A DNA stretch of 64,000 nt from an uncultured Eubacteriales bacterium. GTDB taxonomy: Bacteria > Acidobacteriota > Aminicenantia > Aminicenantales > UBA8522. The stretch lies in the NCBI GenBank assembly GCA_964580435.1, contig CAZOKP010000002.1, forward strand, positions 2,919 through 66,918, written 5' to 3'. The notes beneath the pieces are model-generated. The model was not told where the DNA came from, did no database searches, and saw only the letters and a program-made list of their open reading frames with translations. This document shows positions 47,820 to 57,260 of this stretch, in pieces. The translations under genes were made by a program, and so were the position numbers. Each line of letters opens with the position of its first letter. The first letter of the stretch is position 1.

Positions 47820-49190
47820 TCATTTGGATATCTTGATCGGGACAAGAGCTTTTTCCATGTTGATCCGGCCGTACCCGATAAAATCGTCTTTCCCTTTATT
47901 CTCGGCGGAGTTCACGTCATCCGCCGTATAGCGGATAATATCCATGACTTGGTCGGCCGTCAACCAAGGTTTGACACTCTTGAGCAATGCCGCCATCCCG
48001 GCGATATGAGGGGCGGAAGCGGATGTCCCCGAGCCCAAGGCATAAGGGATTTCTCCAGGGTACCCTTGGCTTGGCCAAAACCAGGTCGGCACAAGACCGA
48101 TGACGTTCTCGCCCGGCGCAGCGACGTCCACCTCTGGACCGGAATTCGACCAGGACATCCGGACATCATTATAATCCGTTGCCGCCACAGCCAGGCAATA
48201 CTCGTCATAGGCGGCGGGATAAAGAACGGAGTCCCCCTCATTTCCGGCAGAAGCGGCGATGACGATGCCTTTGTCATGGGCGTACTGCAGGGCATCCCGC
48301 AGGGAATCTGAGGAATCCTCACCTCCCAGGCTGATACTGATCACATCAGCGCCGTTGTCCGCCGCCCAGATGATGGCCTCGACGAGCCAGCTGTAGTCGC
48401 CCTCGCCATTCTCGTCGATGACCTTAATTGGAAGGATCCTGCAATTCCAGGCCACTCCCGCCACTCCCTCGTTATTATCGGTGTCGGCTGCTGCGATCCC
48501 GGCCACGAATGTTCCATGGCCGACGTCATCTGTGGCATCAAAATCGTTGTTGACGAAATCGCGGCCACGGGAGACGACCTTGTTTCTCAAGTCAGGATGG
48601 GAGAAATCGACGCCCGAATCGATCGAGGCGATAATGTCATCGGCGCTTCCCTTGGTCTCCACCCAGGCGGTCGTGGCTTTGATATCGGCGCCGGCCTTTC
48701 CCCCGGGTGCGCCCGGAATCCCGAGCTCCTGTCCGGTGTTCAGGAGGGCATACTGGACTCTGAAAAGCGGATCGTTGGGGGGTAGGGCGATACGGGCGAT
48801 GAAATTGGGCTCAGCGTATTCGACGTCCGGATTTTGATTCAACGCATAGACCATCTCTTCCACCGTGATATTTTTGGGAATCCTGAGCTGATAGACCTCG
48901 AGCCGCGGTATTTTCTTGATCTTTTTCGAGGAATAGGCCGCTACGGCGGCATCAATGAGCTGGTTCTGAAGGGTTGGCTTGAACTTGACCAGGACTTGCC
49001 CGGGAACGTAGCGGGGCCCTTGGATATGAAAAGGCCGGCCTCCGTTGAGACTCCGTATTTCCCGAGGCCGGAAGCGAGTCTCCCTTTGCCGACCTCTCTC
49101 CACCTTCTGTCTTTGGAAACTGAAGGCCGTAACAATCAGGCATAAGAGAAGCAGAAAAAAAGCTATTTTCTTTGTTGTTAAGATTTTCAT
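47820..49190 (-). CDS. Secreted S8-family subtilisin-like serine peptidase
   Basis: Catalytic triad motifs DSGVDFSHPDL, HGTFVAGI and GTSASAPHIAG are present. Signal peptide MKILTTKKIAFFLLLLCLIV after a GGAGGA ribosome-binding site. The ORF track extends to 49460. Confidence 0.9.
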   Translation of the reverse strand: MKILTTKKIAFFLLLLCLIVTAFSFQRQKVERGRQRETRFRPREIRSLNGGRPFHIQGPRYVPGQVLVKFKPTLQNQLIDAAVAAYSSKKIKKIPRLEVYQLRIPKNITVEEMVYALNQNPDVEYAEPNFIARIALPPNDPLFRVQYALLNTGQELGIPGAPGGKAGADIKATTAWVETKGSADDIIASIDSGVDFSHPDLRNKVVSRGRDFVNNDFDATDDVGHGTFVAGIAAADTDNNEGVAGVAWNCRILPIKVIDENGEGDYSWLVEAIIWAADNGADVISISLGGEDSSDSLRDALQYAHDKGIVIAASAGNEGDSVLYPAAYDEYCLAVAATDYNDVRMSWSNSGPEVDVAAPGENVIGLVPTWFWPSQGYPGEIPYALGSGTSASAPHIAGMAALLKSVKPWLTADQVMDIIRYTADDVNSAENKGKDDFIGYGRINMEKALVPIKISK

Positions 49191-49207
49191 CCTATCCTCC
49201 GCCGCCC

Positions 49208-49990
49208 TTAAAAAGAGATGAGCGCTTTGACCATGGCCGAATAATCGACACCGCCCTGGTAGGGATAAAAGCCTGCCTCGCCTTTGATTTGGAACTTGGC
49301 GGAGACGTCGATAATGGCTCCGAGAGCCATCCCGAAGAGGCTTTTTCCCCGGAGATCTTTTTTCTCTTCTCCGCTGAGAGTCTGGATCGTCTCTTTCATG
49401 GTAAACGTCCCCCAGAGATAATCCAAACTTGGATAAAGATAAGGGCTGAAACCCTTCCACCCTCTATAAATAAATTGCGGTCCTATGGAGGCGTGCATCC
49501 AAGTCGGTTTTCCTTCGACTGTGCCGGAAACGACCAGCCCGGGGACGTTCCATTTTTTATTGGCCCCCAGGCAAGCCAGAAATTGACCAACGATATCGAT
49601 GCCGAAATGCAGTCCGGAAAGGAGACGTCCGTTGAACTCGCCTCCCAAAACATAGCCGTTGATCCCTCCGCCTTCAAAGTCGATAGAAATAGGGAGCTTG
49701 TTGAACGCCACGTTATCGAACGCCGAGGAGGAATAGCCGAGGATGGCGGCCAGGGAGAAGCCCGGCCGGAATTCGATTTCCAGGACGAGGCTGCCGGTAG
49801 AAGACGTGAGTTTGGAGGTCGTTTCGTCATTAGACCAGCTAACGGTCCGGGAAAAATAATCAAAACGCAGTCCCGGCTTGAAATGGGCTGATGACGCGGT
49901 CTTGGGGCGAGTCTGAGCGATGGCTAGCGGGGCAGTGAATAGATAGAGGACGAGGAAAAAAACGGTCAGCCAGCGCGGACTTTTTTTCAT
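49208..49990 (-). CDS. Outer-membrane beta-barrel protein (small porin-like OMP)
   Basis: Signal peptide MKKSPRWLTVFFLVLYLFTAPLAIAQ. Alternating amphipathic strands end in aromatic ...LISF. GGAGG ribosome-binding site. Confidence 0.6.
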   Translation of the reverse strand: MKKSPRWLTVFFLVLYLFTAPLAIAQTRPKTASSAHFKPGLRFDYFSRTVSWSNDETTSKLTSSTGSLVLEIEFRPGFSLAAILGYSSSAFDNVAFNKLPISIDFEGGGINGYVLGGEFNGRLLSGLHFGIDIVGQFLACLGANKKWNVPGLVVSGTVEGKPTWMHASIGPQFIYRGWKGFSPYLYPSLDYLWGTFTMKETIQTLSGEEKKDLRGKSLFGMALGAIIDVSAKFQIKGEAGFYPYQGGVDYSAMVKALISF

Positions 49991-50000
49991 GAAAACCTCC

Positions 50001-50801
50001 CTATTCCTTTGGCTTGGGGGTGTTTTTTTCGATCTCACGCAGTCTCTCCTGGGCTTTCTTGGCATATTTGCTGGTCGGATAATCTGAGACGAGTTTCATA
50101 AAATAGGGGACGCTCTCGCTTGTTTTTCCCCATTTATAGTAGGAATCAGCCAAATAGAAATAGACCTCATCCATCTTGGCGTAGGTGGGATAATTAGTCA
50201 GGATCTCCGTTAATCGGCTCGTGGACGCCTTAAAAGCATAGCTCTTGTAATAGAATAGGCCGATCAGGAAATCTTGAGTGGACAACCTTTCCTCACATTC
50301 GTTGATTTTTTCCTGGGCCAGCTTAGCTTCTTCGCTCAGCGGATAGTTAGTGACGACCTTTTTGAATTCTGCGAGAGCCTGGTTCGTCTTGGTCTGGTCC
50401 CGGCCAGGCTTCAGGGCATTCTTGAAGGAAGCCATGCCGATCTGGTACTGAGCGTACGAAGCGGAGGGGCTGTAGGGATAAAGGGTGATAAACTCTCTGT
50501 ATTCTGAGGCAGCAAGAATCATGCTGCCTTCATCCTTTTTTTGAAAATAGGAATCGGCGATGGCCAGCTTGGCCCTCTGAGCATAGAAACTCTTGGGAAA
50601 AGAATCGATCACCTGACGAAAATAAAGAAGCGCTTTTTCAGGGTCTTTTTTCATATAGGACTGACCGGCTTTGAAAAGAGCTTCGTCCGAGGATGCGATC
50701 GCAGGGTCGATGGCGACCTTTTTTGCCTTACAGTTCCAGAGGGAGAGGCCGCAAAGAAAGGCGATAAGAACGACGAAGACGACTTTTTTCATAGCGCTCA
50801 T
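50001..50801 (-). CDS. bamD: Outer membrane protein assembly factor BamD-like TPR protein
   Basis: Signal peptide with Cys (LCGLSLWNC). TPR repeats FYAQRAKLAIADSYFQ and YPYSPSASYAQYQIGMASF are typical of BamD/YfiO. Confidence 0.75.
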   Translation of the reverse strand: MSAMKKVVFVVLIAFLCGLSLWNCKAKKVAIDPAIASSDEALFKAGQSYMKKDPEKALLYFRQVIDSFPKSFYAQRAKLAIADSYFQKKDEGSMILAASEYREFITLYPYSPSASYAQYQIGMASFKNALKPGRDQTKTNQALAEFKKVVTNYPLSEEAKLAQEKINECEERLSTQDFLIGLFYYKSYAFKASTSRLTEILTNYPTYAKMDEVYFYLADSYYKWGKTSESVPYFMKLVSDYPTSKYAKKAQERLREIEKNTPKPKE

Positions 50802-50817
50802 TCCTGTCCTCGTTAGG

Positions 50818-51762
50818 TTAAGAAATATACAGCTCCCGTATCCAATCCCATTCTTTCTTGAGGCCTTCCCCGAGGACGGCCCGGGGGGCGTAGCGGAGGT
50901 CTTTCTTGGCCTTTTCGATATCGGCAAGGGTGTGGAGCACGTCTCCTTTTTGCTCTTCAGCCCGGCGAATCTCCACCTTCTTTTGGCAGATATCCTCAAG
51001 AAGGGGAAAAATGTCCTCCAATTTCTCCCTGTGCCCTCCGCCCACATTATAGGTTTCGCCCGTTCTTCCCTGGAGAAGGGCTGCGAGACAGGCCGTGACG
51101 ATGTCATCGATATAGGTAAAGTCTCTGGTCTGCTTTCCGTCTCCGAATATCGTGACGGGCTTATCTTCGGCGATCGACTTGAAAAACTTGTGAAAGGCCA
51201 TGTCCGGCCGCTGGCCAGGCCCGTAAACGGTGAAAAATCGGAGGGAGATCGTGGGAACATTGTAATTTTTATAGTACAAGAAGCAGAGTTGTTCAGCCGC
51301 CAGCTTGGTCACTCCGTAGGGGGAGAGGGGGCGGAGAAGATTCATTTCTGACATCGGAAGTGTCGGAGTAAGGCCATAGACGGAAGAGGAAGAGGCATAG
51401 ATGAATTTCTGGATGGAGCGGGCCTTCGCCGCTTCCAGGAGCCTTTGGGTCGCCAGGATATTGTTGTGGATGTAGACAGAAAAGTTCTCCCCCCAGCTCG
51501 TTCGCACGCCGGCTTGTGCGGCCAGATGGAAGACCGCATCTGTTTGTCGGAGGATCCTGTCCAGGTCGGCCTCGAGAATATCCTCCGGCAGAAACTCGAA
51601 ATTTTTGTTCTTCAGGAGAGGGCCGAGGTTGCTTTCTTTGATCCAGCGGGGATAGAAATCGGTGAAACAATCCAGTCCGACGACATGATGGCCCGCTTCG
51701 AGCAGCCTCAGGCAGAGATGAGACCCGATAAATCCGGCTGCTCCAGTCACTAGACAGTTCAT
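50818..51762 (-). CDS. NAD-dependent epimerase/dehydratase (UDP-sugar 4-epimerase-like)
   Basis: VTGAAGFIGSHL Rossmann motif and YxxxK (YGVTKLAAE) are present. Confidence 0.85.
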   Translation of the reverse strand: MNCLVTGAAGFIGSHLCLRLLEAGHHVVGLDCFTDFYPRWIKESNLGPLLKNKNFEFLPEDILEADLDRILRQTDAVFHLAAQAGVRTSWGENFSVYIHNNILATQRLLEAAKARSIQKFIYASSSSVYGLTPTLPMSEMNLLRPLSPYGVTKLAAEQLCFLYYKNYNVPTISLRFFTVYGPGQRPDMAFHKFFKSIAEDKPVTIFGDGKQTRDFTYIDDIVTACLAALLQGRTGETYNVGGGHREKLEDIFPLLEDICQKKVEIRRAEEQKGDVLHTLADIEKAKKDLRYAPRAVLGEGLKKEWDWIRELYIS

Positions 51763-52427
51763 GCGGGATTGTACTTGTCGATGACCTTTTTCATCTCCCT
51801 GATCACCTGGGGAGGATTCGCGCTGGCAAAAATGGCCGCGCCGGCGACCAATATCTCCACTCCGTCCTGGATGAGGGCCTCCATATTATGGAGGTTCACC
51901 CCCCCGTCCACTTCGATGGAGATAACCAAATTCTGGCCTTTGATTAGGTCATTGAGATGCCTGATTTTCTTGTGCGTGGCCTTGACAAATGTCTGTCCCC
52001 CGAACCCGGGGTTGACCGACATCACCAGAATGAAATCCAGGTCAGGGAGAATTTCGTCGAGAGAACGGATCGGAGTCGCCGGATTTAGGGCCAGTCCAGC
52101 TTTCATCCCCAGGTCTTTGATCAACCCGATCTCCCGATGGAGATGACGAGAGGCCTCGACATGGATGGAGATCCAATCGGCGCCCGCCTCATGGAAGAGG
52201 GGAATGAAAAATCCCGGATTCTCGACCATCAAATGGACGTCGAGGGGAAGCGAAGAGGTGCGCTTGAGCGCGGAGACGACTTGAGGGCCCAAGGTCAGAT
52301 TGGGGACGAAATGGCCGTCCATGATATCGACGTGGACGAGGTCAGCTCCGGCCTGCTCAACCAACTTGACCTCTTCGCCGATCTTGGAAAAATCTGCTGA
52401 AAGGATGGAGGGTGCGAGTCGGATCAT
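51759..52427 (-). CDS. rpe: Ribulose-phosphate 3-epimerase
   Basis: APSILSADF...HVDIMDGHFVPN...DVHLMV motifs are present. Confidence 0.95.
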   Translation of the reverse strand: MIRLAPSILSADFSKIGEEVKLVEQAGADLVHVDIMDGHFVPNLTLGPQVVSALKRTSSLPLDVHLMVENPGFFIPLFHEAGADWISIHVEASRHLHREIGLIKDLGMKAGLALNPATPIRSLDEILPDLDFILVMSVNPGFGGQTFVKATHKKIRHLNDLIKGQNLVISIEVDGGVNLHNMEALIQDGVEILVAGAAIFASANPPQVIREMKKVIDKYNPA

Positions 52428-53143
52428 CTGCTCACCTCCAGGGTTATGAGGTTTCTTTTGGCGATTCCATAGCCTTGGGGAGGAAACTGCTTGATGATAA
52501 TGCCGGATTCGAGGCCGGGATAAAAAGAATAGCGAATGTCGGCCACCTGGAATCCCAATTCTTTGAGCCTGGCGACGGTCTCGCCGGCCTTGCGGCCGAT
52601 CAGGTCGGGCATGACGTATTTCGGCTCAACGTCTCCCTGGCTAACGAGGAGATTGATGGGAGTATTCCTCTTCACCTTCTGCGGAGAAGGAGAAGGCTCC
52701 TGGGCAATGATTCGGCCGGCCGCGTATTCCGGGGTATGAATCTGCGATACTTTGCCTTTGCCGAGGCCGATCTCGATGAGCATCTTTGTGGCCGCCTCCA
52801 GGCTTTTTCCTGTCAGTTTGGGCACTTCGACCATTTCACTGCCGCTACTCAGGACCACTTTGACTATTTTGCTGACTCTGATTTTTGAACCGGCTGAAGG
52901 CTCCTGATGGACAATCCGGCCTTTTTCCCAGCGGTCACTTAATTCCACGCCTTTTTCAAACAGGGATAGCTTGCGCTTGGCCAGGTCGCCCTTCGCTTCA
53001 GTCAGCGTCTTGCCCGCGAGGTCGGGCACAGAGACCATCTCCCCTTTTTGGATGATCCGGGAAAAAAGGATGGCGCTGAGGAAAAAAACTATGAAGAAGA
53101 GAAGCGGGAGATGGCTATACGCAAAGATCTTTTTCGCCGGCAT
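52424..53143 (-). CDS. PASTA-domain protein (N-terminal TM anchor plus three PASTA repeats, no kinase or transpeptidase domain)
   Basis: Three ~65-aa repeats beginning VPDLAGKTL, VPKLTGKSL and MPDLIGRKAGE. Overlaps the rpe start. Confidence 0.8.
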   Translation of the reverse strand: MPAKKIFAYSHLPLLFFIVFFLSAILFSRIIQKGEMVSVPDLAGKTLTEAKGDLAKRKLSLFEKGVELSDRWEKGRIVHQEPSAGSKIRVSKIVKVVLSSGSEMVEVPKLTGKSLEAATKMLIEIGLGKGKVSQIHTPEYAAGRIIAQEPSPSPQKVKRNTPINLLVSQGDVEPKYVMPDLIGRKAGETVARLKELGFQVADIRYSFYPGLESGIIIKQFPPQGYGIAKRNLITLEVSR

Positions 53144-53264
53144 GCCTCACGCACAACGCTTTCGGTCACTCTTTGAAGTGATTTACAAAATTAAGATACC
53201 ATAGAATATGAACGAAGTAAACATCAAAAAAGTTTCAATGTCTCCGTCTGATGAAGTGCGCTCC

Positions 53265-53295
53265 GTTTGCTGCGGCCCAGATTTTTATCTATAAT
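53265..53295 (+). promoter_or_regulatory. Candidate promoter for ltaE (-35 TTGCTG, 18-nt spacer, -10 TATAAT)
   Basis: Sequence tttatctataat contains a perfect -10 hexamer, about 40 nt upstream of the GAGGAGGA ribosome-binding site. Confidence 0.3.
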
Positions 53296-53332
53296 GAGTT
53301 CTCATTTGGGCGTGAGAGAGGAGGACCGGACG

Positions 53333-54370
53333 ATGAGCGAGATTTCCGATTTCCGCAGTGATACCGTCACCAGACCCACGGAGAAGATGCGAAGGGCGAT
53401 GGCGGAGGCCGTCGTCGGGGATGATGTCCTCGGCGATGACCCGACCGTCCAAAAGCTTGAAGGCCTAGCGGCTGCGATCATGGGAAAAGACGCGGCCCTG
53501 TATGTTCCTTCGGGAACCATGGGCAATTCCATCGCCGTCAAGGTGTGGACTCGGGAACTCGAAGAGGTGATTCTCGAGGCAAGGTCTCATATTTATAATA
53601 TGGAATCGACGCACCTGACTTTCATCTCGAGAGTCACGCCCCGTCCCCTTCCTTCGATGCGGGGCGCCATGGACCCGGACGAGGTTGAACGGAATATCCG
53701 GAAACCCTCAGTCCACAGCCCGCGGACATCGCTTATCTGCGTGGAAAATACCCACAACAACTGGAGCGGCGCCGTCGTCCCGGTCGAGAACTTGAAGGCG
53801 TTGCGGCGAGTCGCCGATAAACATGAGATCAAGCTTCATCTGGATGGGGCGCGCATTTTCAACGCCAGCGCGGCTTCCGGCCTGCCGGCCAAGGAGTACG
53901 CGGGTTTTGCCGACTCGATGATGTTCTGCCTATCTAAAGGACTATCAGCTCCCGTTGGCTCGATGCTCGTGGGGCCGGCTGATTTCATCGCTTCTGCTCG
54001 GAGAGTCCGGAAGGCTCTGGGGGGAGGAATGAGGCAGGTGGGAGTTCTCGCGGCGCCCGGGATTATCGCTCTTACGGAAATGACGGGCCGTCTTCACGAG
54101 GACCATGAAAGAGCGAAAAAACTGGCTTCGGCCATAGCCGGCCTTCCCGGGGTTCTGCTCGATCCCGATGAGATCCAATCCAATATCATCATCTTTGGGT
54201 TTTCCCACCCCAAGATTTCCATCGCCGATTTCCTCGTGGAACTCCAAAAAAGGAGGATTTTGGGCCTGGCTTCACCCGGCGGCAGCGGGATCCGATTTGT
54301 CACCCACAAGGACATCGACGATGAGGATGTCGCGCGGGCAACGGCCGCCTTCCGAGAAATTCTGAAGTAA
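53333..54370 (+). CDS. ltaE: Low-specificity L-threonine aldolase
   Basis: FRSDTVTRPT and SGTMGN motifs are present; PLP-dependent aldolase fold. Start is MSEISDF after GAGGAGGA. The ORF track begins at 53267. Confidence 0.85.
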   Translation: MSEISDFRSDTVTRPTEKMRRAMAEAVVGDDVLGDDPTVQKLEGLAAAIMGKDAALYVPSGTMGNSIAVKVWTRELEEVILEARSHIYNMESTHLTFISRVTPRPLPSMRGAMDPDEVERNIRKPSVHSPRTSLICVENTHNNWSGAVVPVENLKALRRVADKHEIKLHLDGARIFNASAASGLPAKEYAGFADSMMFCLSKGLSAPVGSMLVGPADFIASARRVRKALGGGMRQVGVLAAPGIIALTEMTGRLHEDHERAKKLASAIAGLPGVLLDPDEIQSNIIIFGFSHPKISIADFLVELQKRRILGLASPGGSGIRFVTHKDIDDEDVARATAAFREILK

Positions 54371-54403
54371 CCCTCTTGCCTTTGTTCGTTCGGCGCCAGA
54401 ATT

Positions 54404-56422
54404 CTATCCTTCGAGCGATTCGGCCAGGAGCTGGGCGATGTCCTTAACCGCAATTTCGGTTTTTCCCCTGTCTTTTAGACCGTCCTTGAGCATATTCAAG
54501 CAGAACGGACAAGACGTTGCGGCGACCTTTGCCCCGGAGTGGATGACCTCATCCGTCCTCAGATGATTAATGCGCTGGCCCAGGCTCTCCTCGGTCCACA
54601 TCAGCCCTCCTCCGGCCCCGCAGCAGAAGCTGTGCTCGCGGCTTCGTCCGAGCTCGATGAATTTTTCCGGAGAAAGCCGCGACAGAATGTCCCGGGGCTC
54701 TTCGATAATACGATTATGCCGGCCAAGATAGCAGGAATCGTGATAGGTCAGGCTGCCGGCCAGATTCGCTTTGATGGGGAGCCGACCCTGTTTGACCAAT
54801 CGGTCGAGGAAGACGATGTGGGGCACGACTTCGATCTTGGCCAGCGTGGCTCGGTCGGTTTTAGACAACGAAGAGAGAAGACCGAGAAGCCGGGGGTATT
54901 CGTTCTTGAAGGTGTTATACCCGTGCGGGCAGAAGGTGATGATTCTTTTGACGTTGTATTTGAGGAAAAGGCTCAAATTTTCGCCGGCCAGCGTCTGGAA
55001 AAGGTATTCCTGGCCCAGGCGCCGGGCTGAATCGCCGCAGCATTTCTCTTCTGTCCCCAGGATGGCAAAATCGACCCCCGATTTTTTAAGCAGAGAGACC
55101 ATCGCCGCCGCAATTTTGGTGCCCTCCTCGTCATAGGAACCGGCACATCCCACCCAAAGGAGGTACTCCGCCGATTTCCGGTCAGCCATCAAGGGAACCT
55201 CAAGAGAAGCCGCCCAGTCCGCTCTCTTGGCGAACCCGATCCCCCAGGGGTTGGCGTTTGTTTCCATATTGCGGAAAAAGGCATTCAACTCCTGCGGGAA
55301 CTTGCTCTGCATCAAGACTTCGCTCCGGCGGATGCCGACGATCTTGCGGATATGCTCGATTTCAACCGGGCAGACATGCTGACAGGATCCGCAGGTCGTG
55401 CACGTCCAGATTTCTCCTTCGCTGTAAACACCGGGAAGAAGGGAGGGCAGGTCTTCCCGTTTGCCTTTTAGCAGTTTTACTTTCTCGCCGAGGAGGTGCC
55501 GTTCAAGGTTGAAAACGATCATCTTCGGCGAAAGCGGCTTGCCGCTGAGGAAGGCGGGACAGGCATCCTGGCAACGGCCGCATTCCATGCAGGCGAATGC
55601 GTCCAGGAGGTCCTTCCAGGAGAGGTCGCTCGCTTTTTCGACTCCAAAAACTTCAGACTTCTCGATATCCAGCGGCTGGATTTCTCCGCTCGGCCGCTCG
55701 GACCGGAAGAATACGTTCAGGGGCCCTGTGAACATGTGCAGGTACTTGGAGTGGGGAACATAGACGATGAACCCGAAGACCAGCAGAATGTGGAGCCACC
55801 AGGAGAGGCGGAAATGGGCGGCGATGACGTCCGGGCTCAAGCCCAAGCTCTGGACGCTGTCGGCCAGATAATTTCCCAAGAAGGCAAGGCGGGCGCTTTC
55901 GGGATGCCTGGCGATGGCGAAAGCTTCAAAGTAAAGATAGCTCAGGGTGACGGCGATGATGAAAAAATAGATCAACCCGGAATCGAGCAGAGTTGTCTTA
56001 TAGGCCTTCGGTCTGACGATGAACCGGCGGACGATGAAGAAGAGAATCCCGGCAAGAACAAGAAGTGCGAAGACGTCCACGATCAGAGAGAAAAAGAGTC
56101 CGACCCCGGTCTGCCCGAAGAGATAGAACTTGTTGACGTAACCTTCCAGGGTATGGTTGACCGTCATGGTGTCAAACGTCAGGGCGCCGTAGAAAATGAA
56201 AACATGCGCGAGTCCGGTAAAGATGCGCTCGTTTTTTAAGGTGCATTTCTGGAGGAGGACCTTAGACAAGGTGTCTCCGACCCTTCGGGCCAGGCCGGAG
56301 AAGCGCATCTCCGGGTTGCCTCTACGGATGATCCGGTAGCGGAGGTAGATCGGAAAAGCAAAACCCAGAAAAGTCGCGAGAATGATGAGAGAAAAAACAA
56401 CCTTTTCCCACGCTTGCAGCAT
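54404..56422 (-). CDS. Fused HdrE/HdrD-like (DsrMK/HmeCD-like) membrane oxidoreductase: N-terminal polytopic heme-b-type domain, two 4Fe-4S ferredoxin motifs, two Cys-rich CCG domains
   Basis: Five to six TM helices with conserved His residues. CMECGRCQDACP and CTTCGSCQHVCP ferredoxin motifs. CCGDSARR and FCCGAGGG CCG motifs. Confidence 0.8.
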   Translation of the reverse strand: MLQAWEKVVFSLIILATFLGFAFPIYLRYRIIRRGNPEMRFSGLARRVGDTLSKVLLQKCTLKNERIFTGLAHVFIFYGALTFDTMTVNHTLEGYVNKFYLFGQTGVGLFFSLIVDVFALLVLAGILFFIVRRFIVRPKAYKTTLLDSGLIYFFIIAVTLSYLYFEAFAIARHPESARLAFLGNYLADSVQSLGLSPDVIAAHFRLSWWLHILLVFGFIVYVPHSKYLHMFTGPLNVFFRSERPSGEIQPLDIEKSEVFGVEKASDLSWKDLLDAFACMECGRCQDACPAFLSGKPLSPKMIVFNLERHLLGEKVKLLKGKREDLPSLLPGVYSEGEIWTCTTCGSCQHVCPVEIEHIRKIVGIRRSEVLMQSKFPQELNAFFRNMETNANPWGIGFAKRADWAASLEVPLMADRKSAEYLLWVGCAGSYDEEGTKIAAAMVSLLKKSGVDFAILGTEEKCCGDSARRLGQEYLFQTLAGENLSLFLKYNVKRIITFCPHGYNTFKNEYPRLLGLLSSLSKTDRATLAKIEVVPHIVFLDRLVKQGRLPIKANLAGSLTYHDSCYLGRHNRIIEEPRDILSRLSPEKFIELGRSREHSFCCGAGGGLMWTEESLGQRINHLRTDEVIHSGAKVAATSCPFCLNMLKDGLKDRGKTEIAVKDIAQLLAESLEG

Positions 56423-56435
56423 TTTCTCTCCTTTC

Positions 56436-57260
56436 TTAAAAGAGAATGGCCATCCCCCAGATCAATTTCGAGTGGGATCGCCTGTTTCCCAGGGGGCTTG
56501 TTTCCGTGTCCGCCCAGATGCCTGTTCCCGCAGCGAGCTGGAGCCATTCCGTCAGGTTGAACCGGAAAATCAAGTCGGCGATCAATGTCTGTCCTATATT
56601 GAACACCGTGTCAGACTGGACAATAACCTGCAAGCTCGCCGTGACGTTTTTCCCCAATTGAGCGCCGGCGCGCAATCCGTATTCCTGCCTGACCTTGCCC
56701 CCGGAGAGGTCGAGATGGGTTCGCTGGTTGGTATGATGGAAGAACCAGGCAAAAGGCTCAATCACATAGTCCTTGCCTTGAAAAGGTACGCTGAACCCGA
56801 TGTAGTTCCGGTTCGTGTAATAGGGCTTTCCATTCAGATAGCTGGTGTGGTCGGCGTCATGGTCAGAATCATGCCCGAGAATCAGCGTGAGATGCTCGAA
56901 GATCTCCTGATGAAACGAGAAGTGCCAGTCGAATTTTGTCCTTTGACCACCGTCGTCGTGCGTAAGAAGCTGGAAATCTAAGGCGGTGGTGCGAGTCAAG
57001 AATATGAAGGTGCGAAACCCGAAGTTCCAGCGGTCTTCCGGCCCGGTGAGGTCATTATAGCTGGGGTACGTGGACGGGAGCTGCAACTGGCCGAAGAATT
57101 CGCCATGGACCAGGACTTTTTTGTCCGGACCAAGCGGAAATTTCTGTTCGAAAGGGCGGTAAAGAAAGAGCTCATAGCCGGGAAGTGCCGGCGGCAGAAG
57201 CGCCGCGGCCAGCCAGAAGAATAGTAAACCTATCGATTTAATAAAATATTTAGAATTCAT
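56436..57260 (-). CDS. His-rich outer-membrane beta-barrel protein (hypothetical)
   Basis: Signal peptide MNSKYFIKSIGLLFFWLAAALLP. HDSDHDADH and FFHH clusters. C-terminal ...MAILF. Confidence 0.55.
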   Translation of the reverse strand: MNSKYFIKSIGLLFFWLAAALLPPALPGYELFLYRPFEQKFPLGPDKKVLVHGEFFGQLQLPSTYPSYNDLTGPEDRWNFGFRTFIFLTRTTALDFQLLTHDDGGQRTKFDWHFSFHQEIFEHLTLILGHDSDHDADHTSYLNGKPYYTNRNYIGFSVPFQGKDYVIEPFAWFFHHTNQRTHLDLSGGKVRQEYGLRAGAQLGKNVTASLQVIVQSDTVFNIGQTLIADLIFRFNLTEWLQLAAGTGIWADTETSPLGNRRSHSKLIWGMAILF

